Source: Candidatus Latescibacterota bacterium (GTDB taxonomy: Bacteria > Latescibacterota > UBA2968 > UBA8231). Taken from it: 64,000 nucleotides of DNA. Shown one piece after another: positions 43,087-52,242 of this stretch (position 1 is the first letter of the stretch; every line of letters starts with the position of its first letter). The stretch covers positions 1,856,001 through 1,920,000 of the forward strand of contig CBDFJF010000001.1 of assembly GCA_965248265.1 (NCBI GenBank). Reading direction: 5' to 3'. Below the pieces are notes generated by a model. It saw nothing but the letters and a program-made list of their open reading frames with translations, had not been told where the DNA came from and searched no databases. The position numbers and the translations under genes are program-made.

Positions 43087-46000
43087 CTGGTTACCTGTAA
43101 TACAGATGTGGCTTCAAACTCCAGACCCTGCTCTGCAACGACCTCCATCCGATACAGATAGGCACCATTCGCCAGCGCTGTGGGCGGCTCCCAAGCGACC
43201 TGATTGTAGCCGGGATGCCCGTCACCCTCTATATCGTCGACCAATCTACCTGATAAAGTGAAAACTTTGATACGGACGGTGCGCGCGGGTGTCGTTAGAA
43301 TATACGTAAAGTGCCCCTGATCATGCATTGGATTGGGATGGAATATCACGGATGACAGAGGAGACCCTTCGGTCTCAGCAACCTGCACCGTGGTCTGGGC
43401 ACGGGAGGAGTTGTTGAAGTTGTCCCACACCTTCAGACTGATGTCGTGGCTTCCAGGTTCCAGTTCCGGCATTTCGTATTCGATCACACCGGTTCGGTAG
43501 TCCCCGTTCAGACTGGTGTAGGAATCCGTCACCTTGAACAGCTCGTCATCGATGCGGAGTTCGATTTCGTGCCCCGTTTCCCCCGTTATGTTGATGCCGC
43601 CCGCATCCTCGATTGGTGCCATGAGCAGCGGCCTGTTGGGAACAAAATCACCATCCCTGAACTCGGATTGCCCTTCGAATGCCAATGTTATTGCCGGGCC
43701 GTCGATGTCCGGCTCTACGCCATCCTGGGTCCCGCCGAAGGCGATACCTAGAACGGTTCCGTGAGCCGTCGTCACTCCATCCCCCATGACGTAGGCACTG
43801 ATGCGGCCTTCGGACTCCCGGTAGCTGATGTCCTTGGGCACGCGGAACACGGCCTGGAAGGCACCGTCTTTAACATCGGTGAACGAGCGGAATATCGGCG
43901 CCCCTGGTTGCTCCCAGCGATTACCCTCCACCAAGCTGCGAACGGCCGAATCAAAGGCCTGAACGATGGCTTGGCCGTCGAAATCGACGATCGGATTGCC
44001 TGAAGAATCTCTGACCTGGCCCTCGACCAGAACCTCTTGGAAGGCCTTTAGCGAATCGGGTGCCTCGAGCTGCACGTTGAGGCGGGGCCGATGAAGGATC
44101 TGCGCCGGATCACCCAGAAGCGAATAGCGCTGAATGTTGACGCGATCGACAGGAAAGACATTGACGCGCTGCTTGGCTGCGGTCAAGCCCAATCCCACCG
44201 GCACTGCTGTATCCTCGCCCGCGTACATGACTCGGTGAAACTCCCTGGCCAGGACCATGTTGCTGGCGTGGAATCCGACTCGCGTTGCGGAAATGAAACC
44301 GATGACCCCACCATCCGGATCGCTTAGGAAAACCTCGGGCATGGATTCCCGGAGGGGATCGTCGAATACACCGACCTGGCTGGCAGCCGTGTACACTAGC
44401 GGCAGTCGACGGCCGTTATTGATGCCGTCGATGTCGCGGGTGAGTACGAACATCTGCTCATGGGCAAGTGTCGCTGGATTGCCGTGGCCGATGTAGGTCA
44501 GGATCAGCGCCCCTTCGTTGAACTGCTTGACGAAATCGTCGCGAGCCGCAGGCTTGGTACGACCCTCGAGCGGATAGCTGCCGACGTAGAGTTTCCTGAG
44601 ATCGAATTCCTGCGGTACCAGGAATTTGGCGATGTGCTCCGCGTCAGAAACGAAGAAGGATTCGTCGTTGTTTGTTGCAGGATTCGTCTTGTCATCGGCT
44701 ACCAGCAACACCCGCGCTTGCCACAATCCGATCTCGGGATCGCGGTCGTAAGCGATGAGCTTGTCTACCAGGGTCTCGGCATTGCTCGCCGACCTCACGG
44801 GCAAACGGCCGATGGCGAGATCAGGTAGCTTGTCGATCCCATCCGTGCGCACATACCACTCGTCGTACATGCTGGAACCGTCCTGGAATGGAGGGATCCA
44901 GTTGGTGTGGCTGATGCCGAGGTTGTTCTTGTAATCGTAGGTCCCATCCCCCATCAGAACAATGAAGACTGGTGCCGGATCCCAGTTGCCGACGGCATAG
45001 GTAACGAAGCTTCTGATGGCCATCGGGTCGAGCAACCCACCCGAGAATTCGTCGTAGATGTCCTCGACATCGACAACCTTCGTGCTCAGCGGTGGGCCGA
45101 AGCGATCGTCGACCGCGCGCCAGGACGCCAACCTCTCAGCCGCGCCGAGAAAATCGCTGTGCGTGATGATGACGTACTCGGCTCCATTGTCCAGCGTTTT
45201 CAAGCCTGCCCGTGTCTTGCGTTCGAATGAAAGCGGGCGTTGCCACCGCGCCTCATTTGTAACCAGGTAGTAAGGCGGCTTGCCGACTCCGCTGTAGAAT
45301 CCCTGAAAGGTTACAGAGCCACTCGTCGAGTCGTATTCGAAGTCGACGATCTCGTTTAGTTCTCCCACTGATTTGACGTCGAAAATTCGCGGACGGCCCT
45401 CGTCGAAACCGGTCAGGTGAAACTCCGCGGTGTTGCCGCCTAGTTGCAGTGCGGACCGGTTCGTGTCTGCCGCTCCCAACCAGTCGAACACCAGCTCGCC
45501 ACCGCGCGCATGCAACGCCCGGCCGTACTCAATTTCGTACCAGTCAAAACGTGTCGCCGTGTTGTCTCGATGAAAAACGCCGAGTTGGTTCAACCCCTCC
45601 ACGGCACCGGTTGGCGAGGAAACGCTGAGGGTCGCCGCCTGCTTCCCGGTAAAATTTCGAAGGGCGATGACGCTGTCGTTCCAGCGCATCTCGAAACTGT
45701 GCAGTCCTTCGTTCAGCCCCCAGAACCTCAGCTTGACATCGACTTGCTCGTCGGACGATACCTCCGAGAGCAGATGGTGGTAGTTGCGCGCGTTGCCGCG
45801 AAAGGTCTCCCAGAACCAGTCGTATCCAGACTTGATGCCCAGAAGCTGGGTAAAAATCTCCTTCTCGTCCTCTTCGTGGAGACGTTCCCGGTAGCGATTT
45901 GATTGTCTCGGCTCCACTTCGGTGAGCGCCCCGGACGAGCTTTCGACTCGCAGGCCCTCACGGAGTCTACCTTCCCACTCCAGGAAATAGACGTTGTCCT

Positions 46001-47027
46001 TGGTGTACGCATTTTGACGCCAGAAGTAGCCGTCTCTGCTGCTATGATCCCAACGCTCCACCGGTTCGCCATAAAACAGCACCGCGTCATCAATGTCGAA
46101 GCGTCCGTCATCGCCGCCTTCCACCAGGATCGGAATCTCTTTCAAAAAGACGCCCGCACTCGGTGTGCTGGAGCGCCCGAGTGTCAATCCTCCAGCGTAG
46201 AGCATACGGATGGTGCCCGGTACTACCTCGATCAGCGGAACACCGGCATCTGCCAAATCCTGCCCGGTAACACGGTGGATTCCCTGCCGGCGTACCGTCA
46301 TGCGAACCCGGTCGGGCAAAGTGGCTCCTTGGAGAGTTGTTTTGGCTGCAGGCGCATGCCGGCGCCACGCTGCTGCCTGCTCATGGTTGATGATCGATTG
46401 CTTGTAGAGCTGGTCCTCCCATCGCCCACTGCGATGGCTGACCTGGCGATTGCGTGACGAACCTTCTGTAAAACGCACATCGACGACGACGCGACTGAAG
46501 AGTTCCACCTCGGCGTCGCCTTCAGCCAGTTTCGGCGCAAAACTGATCTGCACGACCCGTTGGTCTCGCAAGAAACCCGTTTCACCCATAATGACTGGAC
46601 CGTCAAGAGGCAGGTCCCATTCCTGGCCGTCCAGCACAGGCGCTGCGAATGTTCCACTGGAGATCACCTCGACGACCTCCAGTTGGACTTCTCCAGAGAG
46701 GGGGATGCCGACGACGACTGTTTGGTGCGACAACCGCAGCAAACCCTCCGGCGCCGTTGCCGTCGCTCCGGCTGTCGAGATCCACCGGTCGACGGTCGCC
46801 GCACACGAGTACGAAAGGCGGAGACGATCATGCTGCTGTTCAACGATCTCGACCCCGTTAGCGGCGACATGGTCGATCTGGCCTGGCCTTGAGGTGCCAG
46901 GACTGCCCGGCAAGGTTGCCTCGACATGGCTGACGATCATGAATAGCGTCGATAGGAGGAGGATCTTGTGGAGCCAATGCAGTGGGAGTGCATGACGGCT
47001 GGCGCGGCTGTGTTGGGAAAGCGGCAT
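43083..47027 (-). CDS. porU: PorU-like C25 (gingipain-fold) sortase with C-terminal CTD
   Basis: NAYTKDNVYF, IYDEFSGG, LMGDGTYDYK, IGRLPV, YIGHG, LAHEQ, YSLLGDP, DIDGPAI, INITG, LKVWDNFNN, HPNP. Confidence 0.88.
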   Translation of the reverse strand: MPLSQHSRASRHALPLHWLHKILLLSTLFMIVSHVEATLPGSPGTSRPGQIDHVAANGVEIVEQQHDRLRLSYSCAATVDRWISTAGATATAPEGLLRLSHQTVVVGIPLSGEVQLEVVEVISSGTFAAPVLDGQEWDLPLDGPVIMGETGFLRDQRVVQISFAPKLAEGDAEVELFSRVVVDVRFTEGSSRNRQVSHRSGRWEDQLYKQSIINHEQAAAWRRHAPAAKTTLQGATLPDRVRMTVRRQGIHRVTGQDLADAGVPLIEVVPGTIRMLYAGGLTLGRSSTPSAGVFLKEIPILVEGGDDGRFDIDDAVLFYGEPVERWDHSSRDGYFWRQNAYTKDNVYFLEWEGRLREGLRVESSSGALTEVEPRQSNRYRERLHEEDEKEIFTQLLGIKSGYDWFWETFRGNARNYHHLLSEVSSDEQVDVKLRFWGLNEGLHSFEMRWNDSVIALRNFTGKQAATLSVSSPTGAVEGLNQLGVFHRDNTATRFDWYEIEYGRALHARGGELVFDWLGAADTNRSALQLGGNTAEFHLTGFDEGRPRIFDVKSVGELNEIVDFEYDSTSGSVTFQGFYSGVGKPPYYLVTNEARWQRPLSFERKTRAGLKTLDNGAEYVIITHSDFLGAAERLASWRAVDDRFGPPLSTKVVDVEDIYDEFSGGLLDPMAIRSFVTYAVGNWDPAPVFIVLMGDGTYDYKNNLGISHTNWIPPFQDGSSMYDEWYVRTDGIDKLPDLAIGRLPVRSASNAETLVDKLIAYDRDPEIGLWQARVLLVADDKTNPATNNDESFFVSDAEHIAKFLVPQEFDLRKLYVGSYPLEGRTKPAARDDFVKQFNEGALILTYIGHGNPATLAHEQMFVLTRDIDGINNGRRLPLVYTAASQVGVFDDPLRESMPEVFLSDPDGGVIGFISATRVGFHASNMVLAREFHRVMYAGEDTAVPVGLGLTAAKQRVNVFPVDRVNIQRYSLLGDPAQILHRPRLNVQLEAPDSLKAFQEVLVEGQVRDSSGNPIVDFDGQAIVQAFDSAVRSLVEGNRWEQPGAPIFRSFTDVKDGAFQAVFRVPKDISYRESEGRISAYVMGDGVTTAHGTVLGIAFGGTQDGVEPDIDGPAITLAFEGQSEFRDGDFVPNRPLLMAPIEDAGGINITGETGHEIELRIDDELFKVTDSYTSLNGDYRTGVIEYEMPELEPGSHDISLKVWDNFNNSSRAQTTVQVAETEGSPLSSVIFHPNPMHDQGHFTYILTTPARTVRIKVFTLSGRLVDDIEGDGHPGYNQVAWEPPTALANGAYLYRMEVVAEQGLEFEATSVLQVTR

Positions 47028-47260
47028 AGATGTGACGAAGTCTTGAGGAGAGGAGGGTCGTCGACTCGGTTATTGGCAGACGGCGGTGCCGCTTGTTTGT
47101 TCCCCCCCAAACACTTGGGCAGGAAGGAACTAAGCCCTTGAAATACATCAACGTTATCTCCTCTTGTCAAGGCTGGATCCTTGACCGTCGCATTAGTTGC
47201 CATTATCTTTGTTGATTCAGCTAGTTATGATCAGGTGGCGTCCACCAGTGAGAGGTTTCC

Positions 47261-47488
47261 ATGGCACGTGTGTGTCAGGTGTCGGGCAAGCGCAGGATGG
47301 TTGGCAACAGCGTCAGCCACTCACATCGCAAAACCAAGAGGGTTCAGCGGCCGAACCTGATCAAGAAACGCATCTACCTTCCGGAGGAAGGCAGATCGGT
47401 AACGCTCAAGTTGTCTGCTCGCACATTGCGGACCATGAACAAAAAAGGCGTGCAAAAGGTTCTCAAGGACTCCGGAATCAAGATCTGA
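47261..47488 (+). CDS. rpmB: 50S ribosomal protein L28
   Basis: MARVCQVSGK...GNSVSHS..KTKR..PNL. Confidence 0.96.
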   Translation: MARVCQVSGKRRMVGNSVSHSHRKTKRVQRPNLIKKRIYLPEEGRSVTLKLSARTLRTMNKKGVQKVLKDSGIKI

Positions 47489-47569
47489 TTCCCACTCTCC
47501 CAGTCCTCATCACCAGCCACGCCGATACGCGCTCAACCTCGCGCGCCGTTGCTGCCAACCTGTCGTCCT

Positions 47570-47603
47570 GCTCTGTTTTTCTTCAGGCTCTGTTTTTCTT
47601 CAG
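47570..47603. repeat. Perfect 17-bp tandem duplication GCTCTGTTTTTCTTCAG x2
   Basis: Read directly. Confidence 0.85.
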
Positions 47604-47807
47604 CCCGTTATGGAGCGCTGTACACGACGCACTCCCGCCAACCCCACCCGAAGCCACGAAGACAGACCCTCTCTGGGCTTGGATTGCCGGACCACCTCCG
47701 GTTGATGCAAATCGCAGCAACGGCGCCATAATTTTCGCCGCCGCTGTCGTTGTCTCAGGTGGCGACTGCGTATGTACGACCTTCGTGTCATCCTCGTACC
47801 CGCTCTG

Positions 47808-48113
47808 TCAAACCAGCAGCGATTCGATTTCCCGCTGCACCTGCTCGTCCCTGACCTGATCGATTACTTCCTTAAAATAATGAGCCGCGCCGCTGATGAT
47901 GAGCCGCTCGAGTGCCTCGATCTCGTCCTCTGAATAGGCCCCGGAGTCCTTCACCAACTCCATGTATTCAACCTTGGCATCCATGTCTAGCTGCGATACC
48001 GCGCCGAGCATATCAAACAGCTTGTAGGCGGCTTCGCTCTCCAGGCAACGGTCTACGATCAGAGCCAGTTTCTCATTCTTGACGGCCGAGTCTATCTCGA
48101 TTCTTTCATCCAC
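47808..48113 (-). CDS. Acidic helical hypothetical protein
   Basis: GAGGGG RBS before GTG; protein-like composition. Confidence 0.75.
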   Translation of the reverse strand: MDERIEIDSAVKNEKLALIVDRCLESEAAYKLFDMLGAVSQLDMDAKVEYMELVKDSGAYSEDEIEALERLIISGAAHYFKEVIDQVRDEQVQREIESLLV

Positions 48114-48600
48114 GGTTGACCCCTCTTGCTCGATTGATACGCTCGTGAGTGTTGGGTTGCGGCGCGCCCTTACCCGCTATGGTGAGACGCCGTTTTGATT
48201 CCGAGCTCATCCCGCATCCCTGGGAACTCACTCTCCCAGACCCTTGAGCAAGGTTCGGGCCTGGACGAATCAGATTGACAATCGACTGTGGACTACTTTG
48301 TCGATAATTACAAAAACTTCCATAATTACAGTATGTTACGTGTAATAAATTTGGGCCGGGGGGATCCTGTACGGCCCCGTGCGTTGCCAACGCAAAATCA
48401 GCGTGGAGGAAATATCTTCCCTGGAGGACCAGAGACATGGGAACTGATGACCTGGTTGATCGGGTTGATCTGGTTGACGGCAAACGAGAAGAAACTGACT
48501 CGAAGGCGAGTTGGCCTGTGGTAAGGGTGGTCCTATTTTGAGAGGGGAAGAACGAAACTCCCCCCACTCCCAACCATTGAGAAACAGGAAAGAACAAAAT

Positions 48601-48876
48601 ATGGTCGATAAAGAACTACTGGAGATTCTCGCCTGTCCCGAATCCAAGGAACCAGTTTACCTGGCCCATGAATCAATGATCGAGGAACTCAACGCCCGCG
48701 TGGAACGCGGTGAGTTGACCAACCGTGGTGGCAAGAAGGTGGAAAAGAAGATGGACGGTGGGCTGGTCCGTGAAGACGGTGCGTATCTCTACCCGATCGA
48801 AGACGACATACCGATCATGTTGATCGATGAAGCGATCCCCGTGGGTGAACTGGGAATCGAGGCGAAGCGGCAATAG
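48601..48876 (+). CDS. Trm112/YcaR-family protein
   Basis: MVDKELLEILACPE...YPIEDDIPIMLIDEA. Confidence 0.88.
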   Translation: MVDKELLEILACPESKEPVYLAHESMIEELNARVERGELTNRGGKKVEKKMDGGLVREDGAYLYPIEDDIPIMLIDEAIPVGELGIEAKRQ

Positions 48877-48892
48877 TTTGCCGGCGTACCGC

Positions 48893-49435
48893 TCAAGCCT
48901 CCGGTGAAACTGGCGGACCTTCTACCTGAATCAGTGTCTGAGTTCCGTCCCGGTTGCGCAACAGGGTGATCTCGACCCTAGCCTGTCTCGATTTGGCCTG
49001 AAAATCTTCTACTAGCTCGACGGTATGCTGATGCTTGAGCAGATCGTGGGCTATGAGCAGATCGAATCCTTCCCGCGCAATGACTCCGAAGGGCTGGCCG
49101 CGGTAATACACCTGATAGGCGCGCAGGGTCGTACCCTCTGACTTCTCTTCCTCCGTTCCCCTCTTCAACCGCAAGTCGTGAGTCAGCACAAATCCGATGA
49201 AATTGGCGACCACGACGGCCAGATCACTGACGACGACCGGCGTACTCGAAAGATTGAAAAGCGCCAGGGGAATCAGGCACACCAGCATCAGGCAGGTCAT
49301 GAAAAAGAACACGAGCCTCGCACGTGCCATCGACATTCCAGCGCGCTTGGCCTCGAGCATACCGAAGATTCGTATGATGATACCGACGAAGAGTGCGGCG
49401 AACAGGGCGATGATGACCAGCTCGAGAGGTTTCAT
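48893..49435 (-). CDS. Hypothetical membrane protein (3 TM plus soluble C-terminal domain)
   Basis: Three hydrophobic N-terminal segments. Confidence 0.65.
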   Translation of the reverse strand: MKPLELVIIALFAALFVGIIIRIFGMLEAKRAGMSMARARLVFFFMTCLMLVCLIPLALFNLSSTPVVVSDLAVVVANFIGFVLTHDLRLKRGTEEEKSEGTTLRAYQVYYRGQPFGVIAREGFDLLIAHDLLKHQHTVELVEDFQAKSRQARVEITLLRNRDGTQTLIQVEGPPVSPEA

Positions 49436-49476
49436 TCAGATGCTTCCCACAAACTGCTCGGCAGCACGGTAAACGA

Positions 49477-49520
49477 AAACGGCGCCTGCGACCGTCGAGG
49501 AGTCACAAGCGCCTGTTTTT
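49477..49520 (-). terminator. Terminator hairpin after tRNA-Leu
   Basis: Minus strand GGCGCTTGTGAC...GTCGCAGGCGCC followed by GTTTT. Confidence 0.6.
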
Positions 49521-49535
49521 ACTGAGGTTATAATT

Positions 49536-49620
49536 TGGTGCGGAAGCGGGGACTCGAACCCCGACGCCCGAAGGCACTGCCCCCTCAAGACAGCGTGTCT
49601 ACCAATTTCACCACTTCCGC
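49536..49620 (-). tRNA. tRNA-Leu(GAG)
   Basis: GCGGAAG acceptor stem, anticodon arm CTGTC-TTGAGGG-GGCAG, long variable arm, GTTCGAG T-loop, encoded CCA; conserved position after secG. Confidence 0.96.
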
Positions 49621-49725
49621 AAGAGCTCGACCCAAGGTCGAGATTCAAGCTCGATCGCTTTAGATCGCGATTCCGAAATAGCAATCTCCGATTGCTATTT
49701 TAAAAGCTCGATCAGGGATCGAGCT

Positions 49726-50109
49726 TCATTCACCGCCTTCGTCAGCGTCCGTTTCGAGGCCACCAAGAACAGATGGTGAATCCTCGTCGGTCGTGGACCC
49801 TGCGAAAGGGGTCACCTGGTAGGGGCCATCTTCACTCAGCATGCGTTCACTGGCCGTCGTCGGCAATTCGTCCGTGGAACCTCCCTGTAACAGAGCCTGC
49901 ACTATGCAGCTGAGCAGAAAGGTCGTGGCCAAAACGGTCGTGGTCTTGGTGAGAAAGGTCGCGGCCGTGCGCCCCCCAAGAACGGACGTGGAACTCATCC
50001 CGCCCCCTATCGAGCCTGCCAAACCGCCACCCTTTCCCGCCTGCAGCAGAACGGCGACGATCAAGAGCAATGCCACGAGCACGTGAATGATGGTCAGAAA
50101 TACTGTCAT
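49726..50109 (-). CDS. secG: Preprotein translocase subunit SecG
   Basis: VLLQAGKGGGLAG..GG, FLTKTT; tpiA-secG-tRNA-Leu synteny. Confidence 0.93.
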   Translation of the reverse strand: MTVFLTIIHVLVALLLIVAVLLQAGKGGGLAGSIGGGMSSTSVLGGRTAATFLTKTTTVLATTFLLSCIVQALLQGGSTDELPTTASERMLSEDGPYQVTPFAGSTTDEDSPSVLGGLETDADEGGE

Positions 50110-50900
50110 TAATCGATCCCCGCTTGAACGATGGCGGCGAAACTATCGGCGTCAAGGGAAGCCCCCCCGATCAGGCCGCCATCGATATTCTCCTGCTCGA
50201 ACAACTCGGCCGCATTTTCGGGCTTGACGCTACCCCCGTACTGGATGCGGATGCCCTCGGCGACCTTCTCTTCCCGCTCGTATCGCAACCACTTGCGCAA
50301 CACGGCATGGACATCTTCCGCCTGTGCGGCGGTAGCGGTTTGACCGGTACCGATTGCCCAGACTGGCTCGTATGCCAGGGATATTCGGGAAAGATCTTCG
50401 GAGGGGATGCCGTCAAGCGCTGACTCGAGCTGCCCGAGAACGACGCTGTTGGTATTGCCGGCCTCCCGCTGCTGAAGCGTCTCCCCGACACAAACAATGG
50501 GCTCGAGACCGGCCCTCAATGCAGCGGCCAGTTTCCGTCTGACAACCTCATCGGTGTCACCGAACAACTGGCGCCGCTCAGAGTGACCTAAAATAACGTA
50601 GCGACATCCACTGGTCAAGATCATGGCGGCCGACACTTCGCCGGTGAAAGCACCTTCGGCTTCCCAGTGTAAGTTCTGCGCCCCCAAGGCGATAGGAGAG
50701 CCGGCCAGAGCTTCGCGCACGGCTTGCAGACTCGGGAATGACGGACACAGGACAACATCCAACCTGGCGCAGGAATCGGCTATGCGAGCACCCACCGCCC
50801 GCGCCAACTCTGCCGCTTCCTGTTCGGTCTTGTGCATCTTCCAATTGGCGACGATCAGGCGGCGGCGAACTGCCGTCACGGTGTTTCGATCCTGGATCAC
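50109..50900 (-). CDS. tpiA: Triosephosphate isomerase
   Basis: ANWKM, GHSERR, AYEPVWAIGTG, YGGSV, GGASL. Confidence 0.97.
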   Translation of the reverse strand: MIQDRNTVTAVRRRLIVANWKMHKTEQEAAELARAVGARIADSCARLDVVLCPSFPSLQAVREALAGSPIALGAQNLHWEAEGAFTGEVSAAMILTSGCRYVILGHSERRQLFGDTDEVVRRKLAAALRAGLEPIVCVGETLQQREAGNTNSVVLGQLESALDGIPSEDLSRISLAYEPVWAIGTGQTATAAQAEDVHAVLRKWLRYEREEKVAEGIRIQYGGSVKPENAAELFEQENIDGGLIGGASLDADSFAAIVQAGID

Positions 50901-52108
50901 TAGTCCGCGTCGTCGAGCGCTTCCACGCCGGGTAGCGTCCGACCGGCCAGGCACTCCAGGGAAGCACCACCGCCTGTGGAAATATGGCTGACCTTGTTCG
51001 CGGCGACGCCGGCCTGGGCCGCAGCTGCGGCTGTGTCACCCCCACCGAGAATGGTAACGGCTCCTGCCTCCCACGTTGCCTGTTCCACGGTGCGGGCGAG
51101 TTTGAAAGTGGCGGCGGCGAACGGCTCTATCTCGAAAACACCGAGCGGACCGTTCCACAGCACCATACCGGCGCCGGACACCTTCTCACCAAAGATTCTG
51201 GTGGTCTCGGGACCGATATCCACGCCTTGCCAACCAGCGGGTATCGCATCATGGGCAACGATCTGGGTCTGTGCATTGGCGGCCATTCGGTCTGCGACTA
51301 CACAATCGATTGGCAACAGCAGCTCGACTTCGGTCTTTTCCTCCGCCCGCTTGAGTATGCTGGCGGCCACGTCGATGGCTTCATCCTCCAGCAATGAATC
51401 ACCGATGTCCAGTCCCATCGCTTTGAAAAAGGTGTACGCCATGCCGCCTCCGATCAGCAGGGTGTCCACCTTTTCAAGCATGCTCTCGATCACCTCCACC
51501 TTCCCGGAGACCTTGGCCCCACCGAGGATGGCGACGAACGGTCGTTGAGGATCCGCAAGAGCCTCGGTCAGGTACTTCAACTCCTTGGCCATCAAGTAAC
51601 CGCTGACACAGTCATCGAAGTAGTGAGTGATGCCTTCCGTAGAAGCGTGGGCACGGTGTGCAGTACCAAAAGCATCATTGACGAACACATCGCCGAGATC
51701 AGCCAAAGCGCGAGCAAACTCAGGATCGTTCGCTTCTTCCTCGGGATGAAATCGCATGTTTTCCAGAAGCAGTACCTGACCAGGCTTGAGATCACGCGCC
51801 ATGTGCTCGACCTCTTCCCCCACACAATCCGGAGCCAGATGCACGCTCGTGCCCAGCAGGTTGTGCAGCAGGTGGGCAATTGGAGCCAGCGACATGCCGG
51901 GTTGGCGTTGGCCCTTCGGCCGGCCCAGATGTGACATCAGCACCAGAGAGGCCCCATTCTCGAGCAAGTGCCACAGGGTCGGCAGGGCAGCCTGGATACG
52001 GGTGTCGTCGGTGATACTGCGATCCTCCGCTAGCGGGACATTGAAGTCGACACGAACCAGAACCTTCTTCGCTGCCACTTCGATGTCGTCGATCGTCTTC
52101 TTGGCCAT
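50900..52108 (-). CDS. pgk: Phosphoglycerate kinase
   Basis: RVDFNVPL, SHLGRP, NDAFGTAHRAH, GGAKVS, GGGDT, STGGGASL. Confidence 0.98.
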   Translation of the reverse strand: MAKKTIDDIEVAAKKVLVRVDFNVPLAEDRSITDDTRIQAALPTLWHLLENGASLVLMSHLGRPKGQRQPGMSLAPIAHLLHNLLGTSVHLAPDCVGEEVEHMARDLKPGQVLLLENMRFHPEEEANDPEFARALADLGDVFVNDAFGTAHRAHASTEGITHYFDDCVSGYLMAKELKYLTEALADPQRPFVAILGGAKVSGKVEVIESMLEKVDTLLIGGGMAYTFFKAMGLDIGDSLLEDEAIDVAASILKRAEEKTEVELLLPIDCVVADRMAANAQTQIVAHDAIPAGWQGVDIGPETTRIFGEKVSGAGMVLWNGPLGVFEIEPFAAATFKLARTVEQATWEAGAVTILGGGDTAAAAAQAGVAANKVSHISTGGGASLECLAGRTLPGVEALDDAD

Positions 52109-52242
52109 GAGTCCAACCACCGTACCGCGCCCAAAAGAGAAGCAATACTTTAAAGGTGACAATCAGTGCCTATCATGACGCCCTGCAATCAATGTCCGCT
52201 TTGCAGGAATTCGCGTAAAGCTAACCGGGGCCTGAAATTAGG

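Noticed and set aside
49436-49540. Integrated element at the tRNA-Leu 3' end
   Set aside because: No integrase and no duplicated tRNA 3' end noticed; a terminator follows directly
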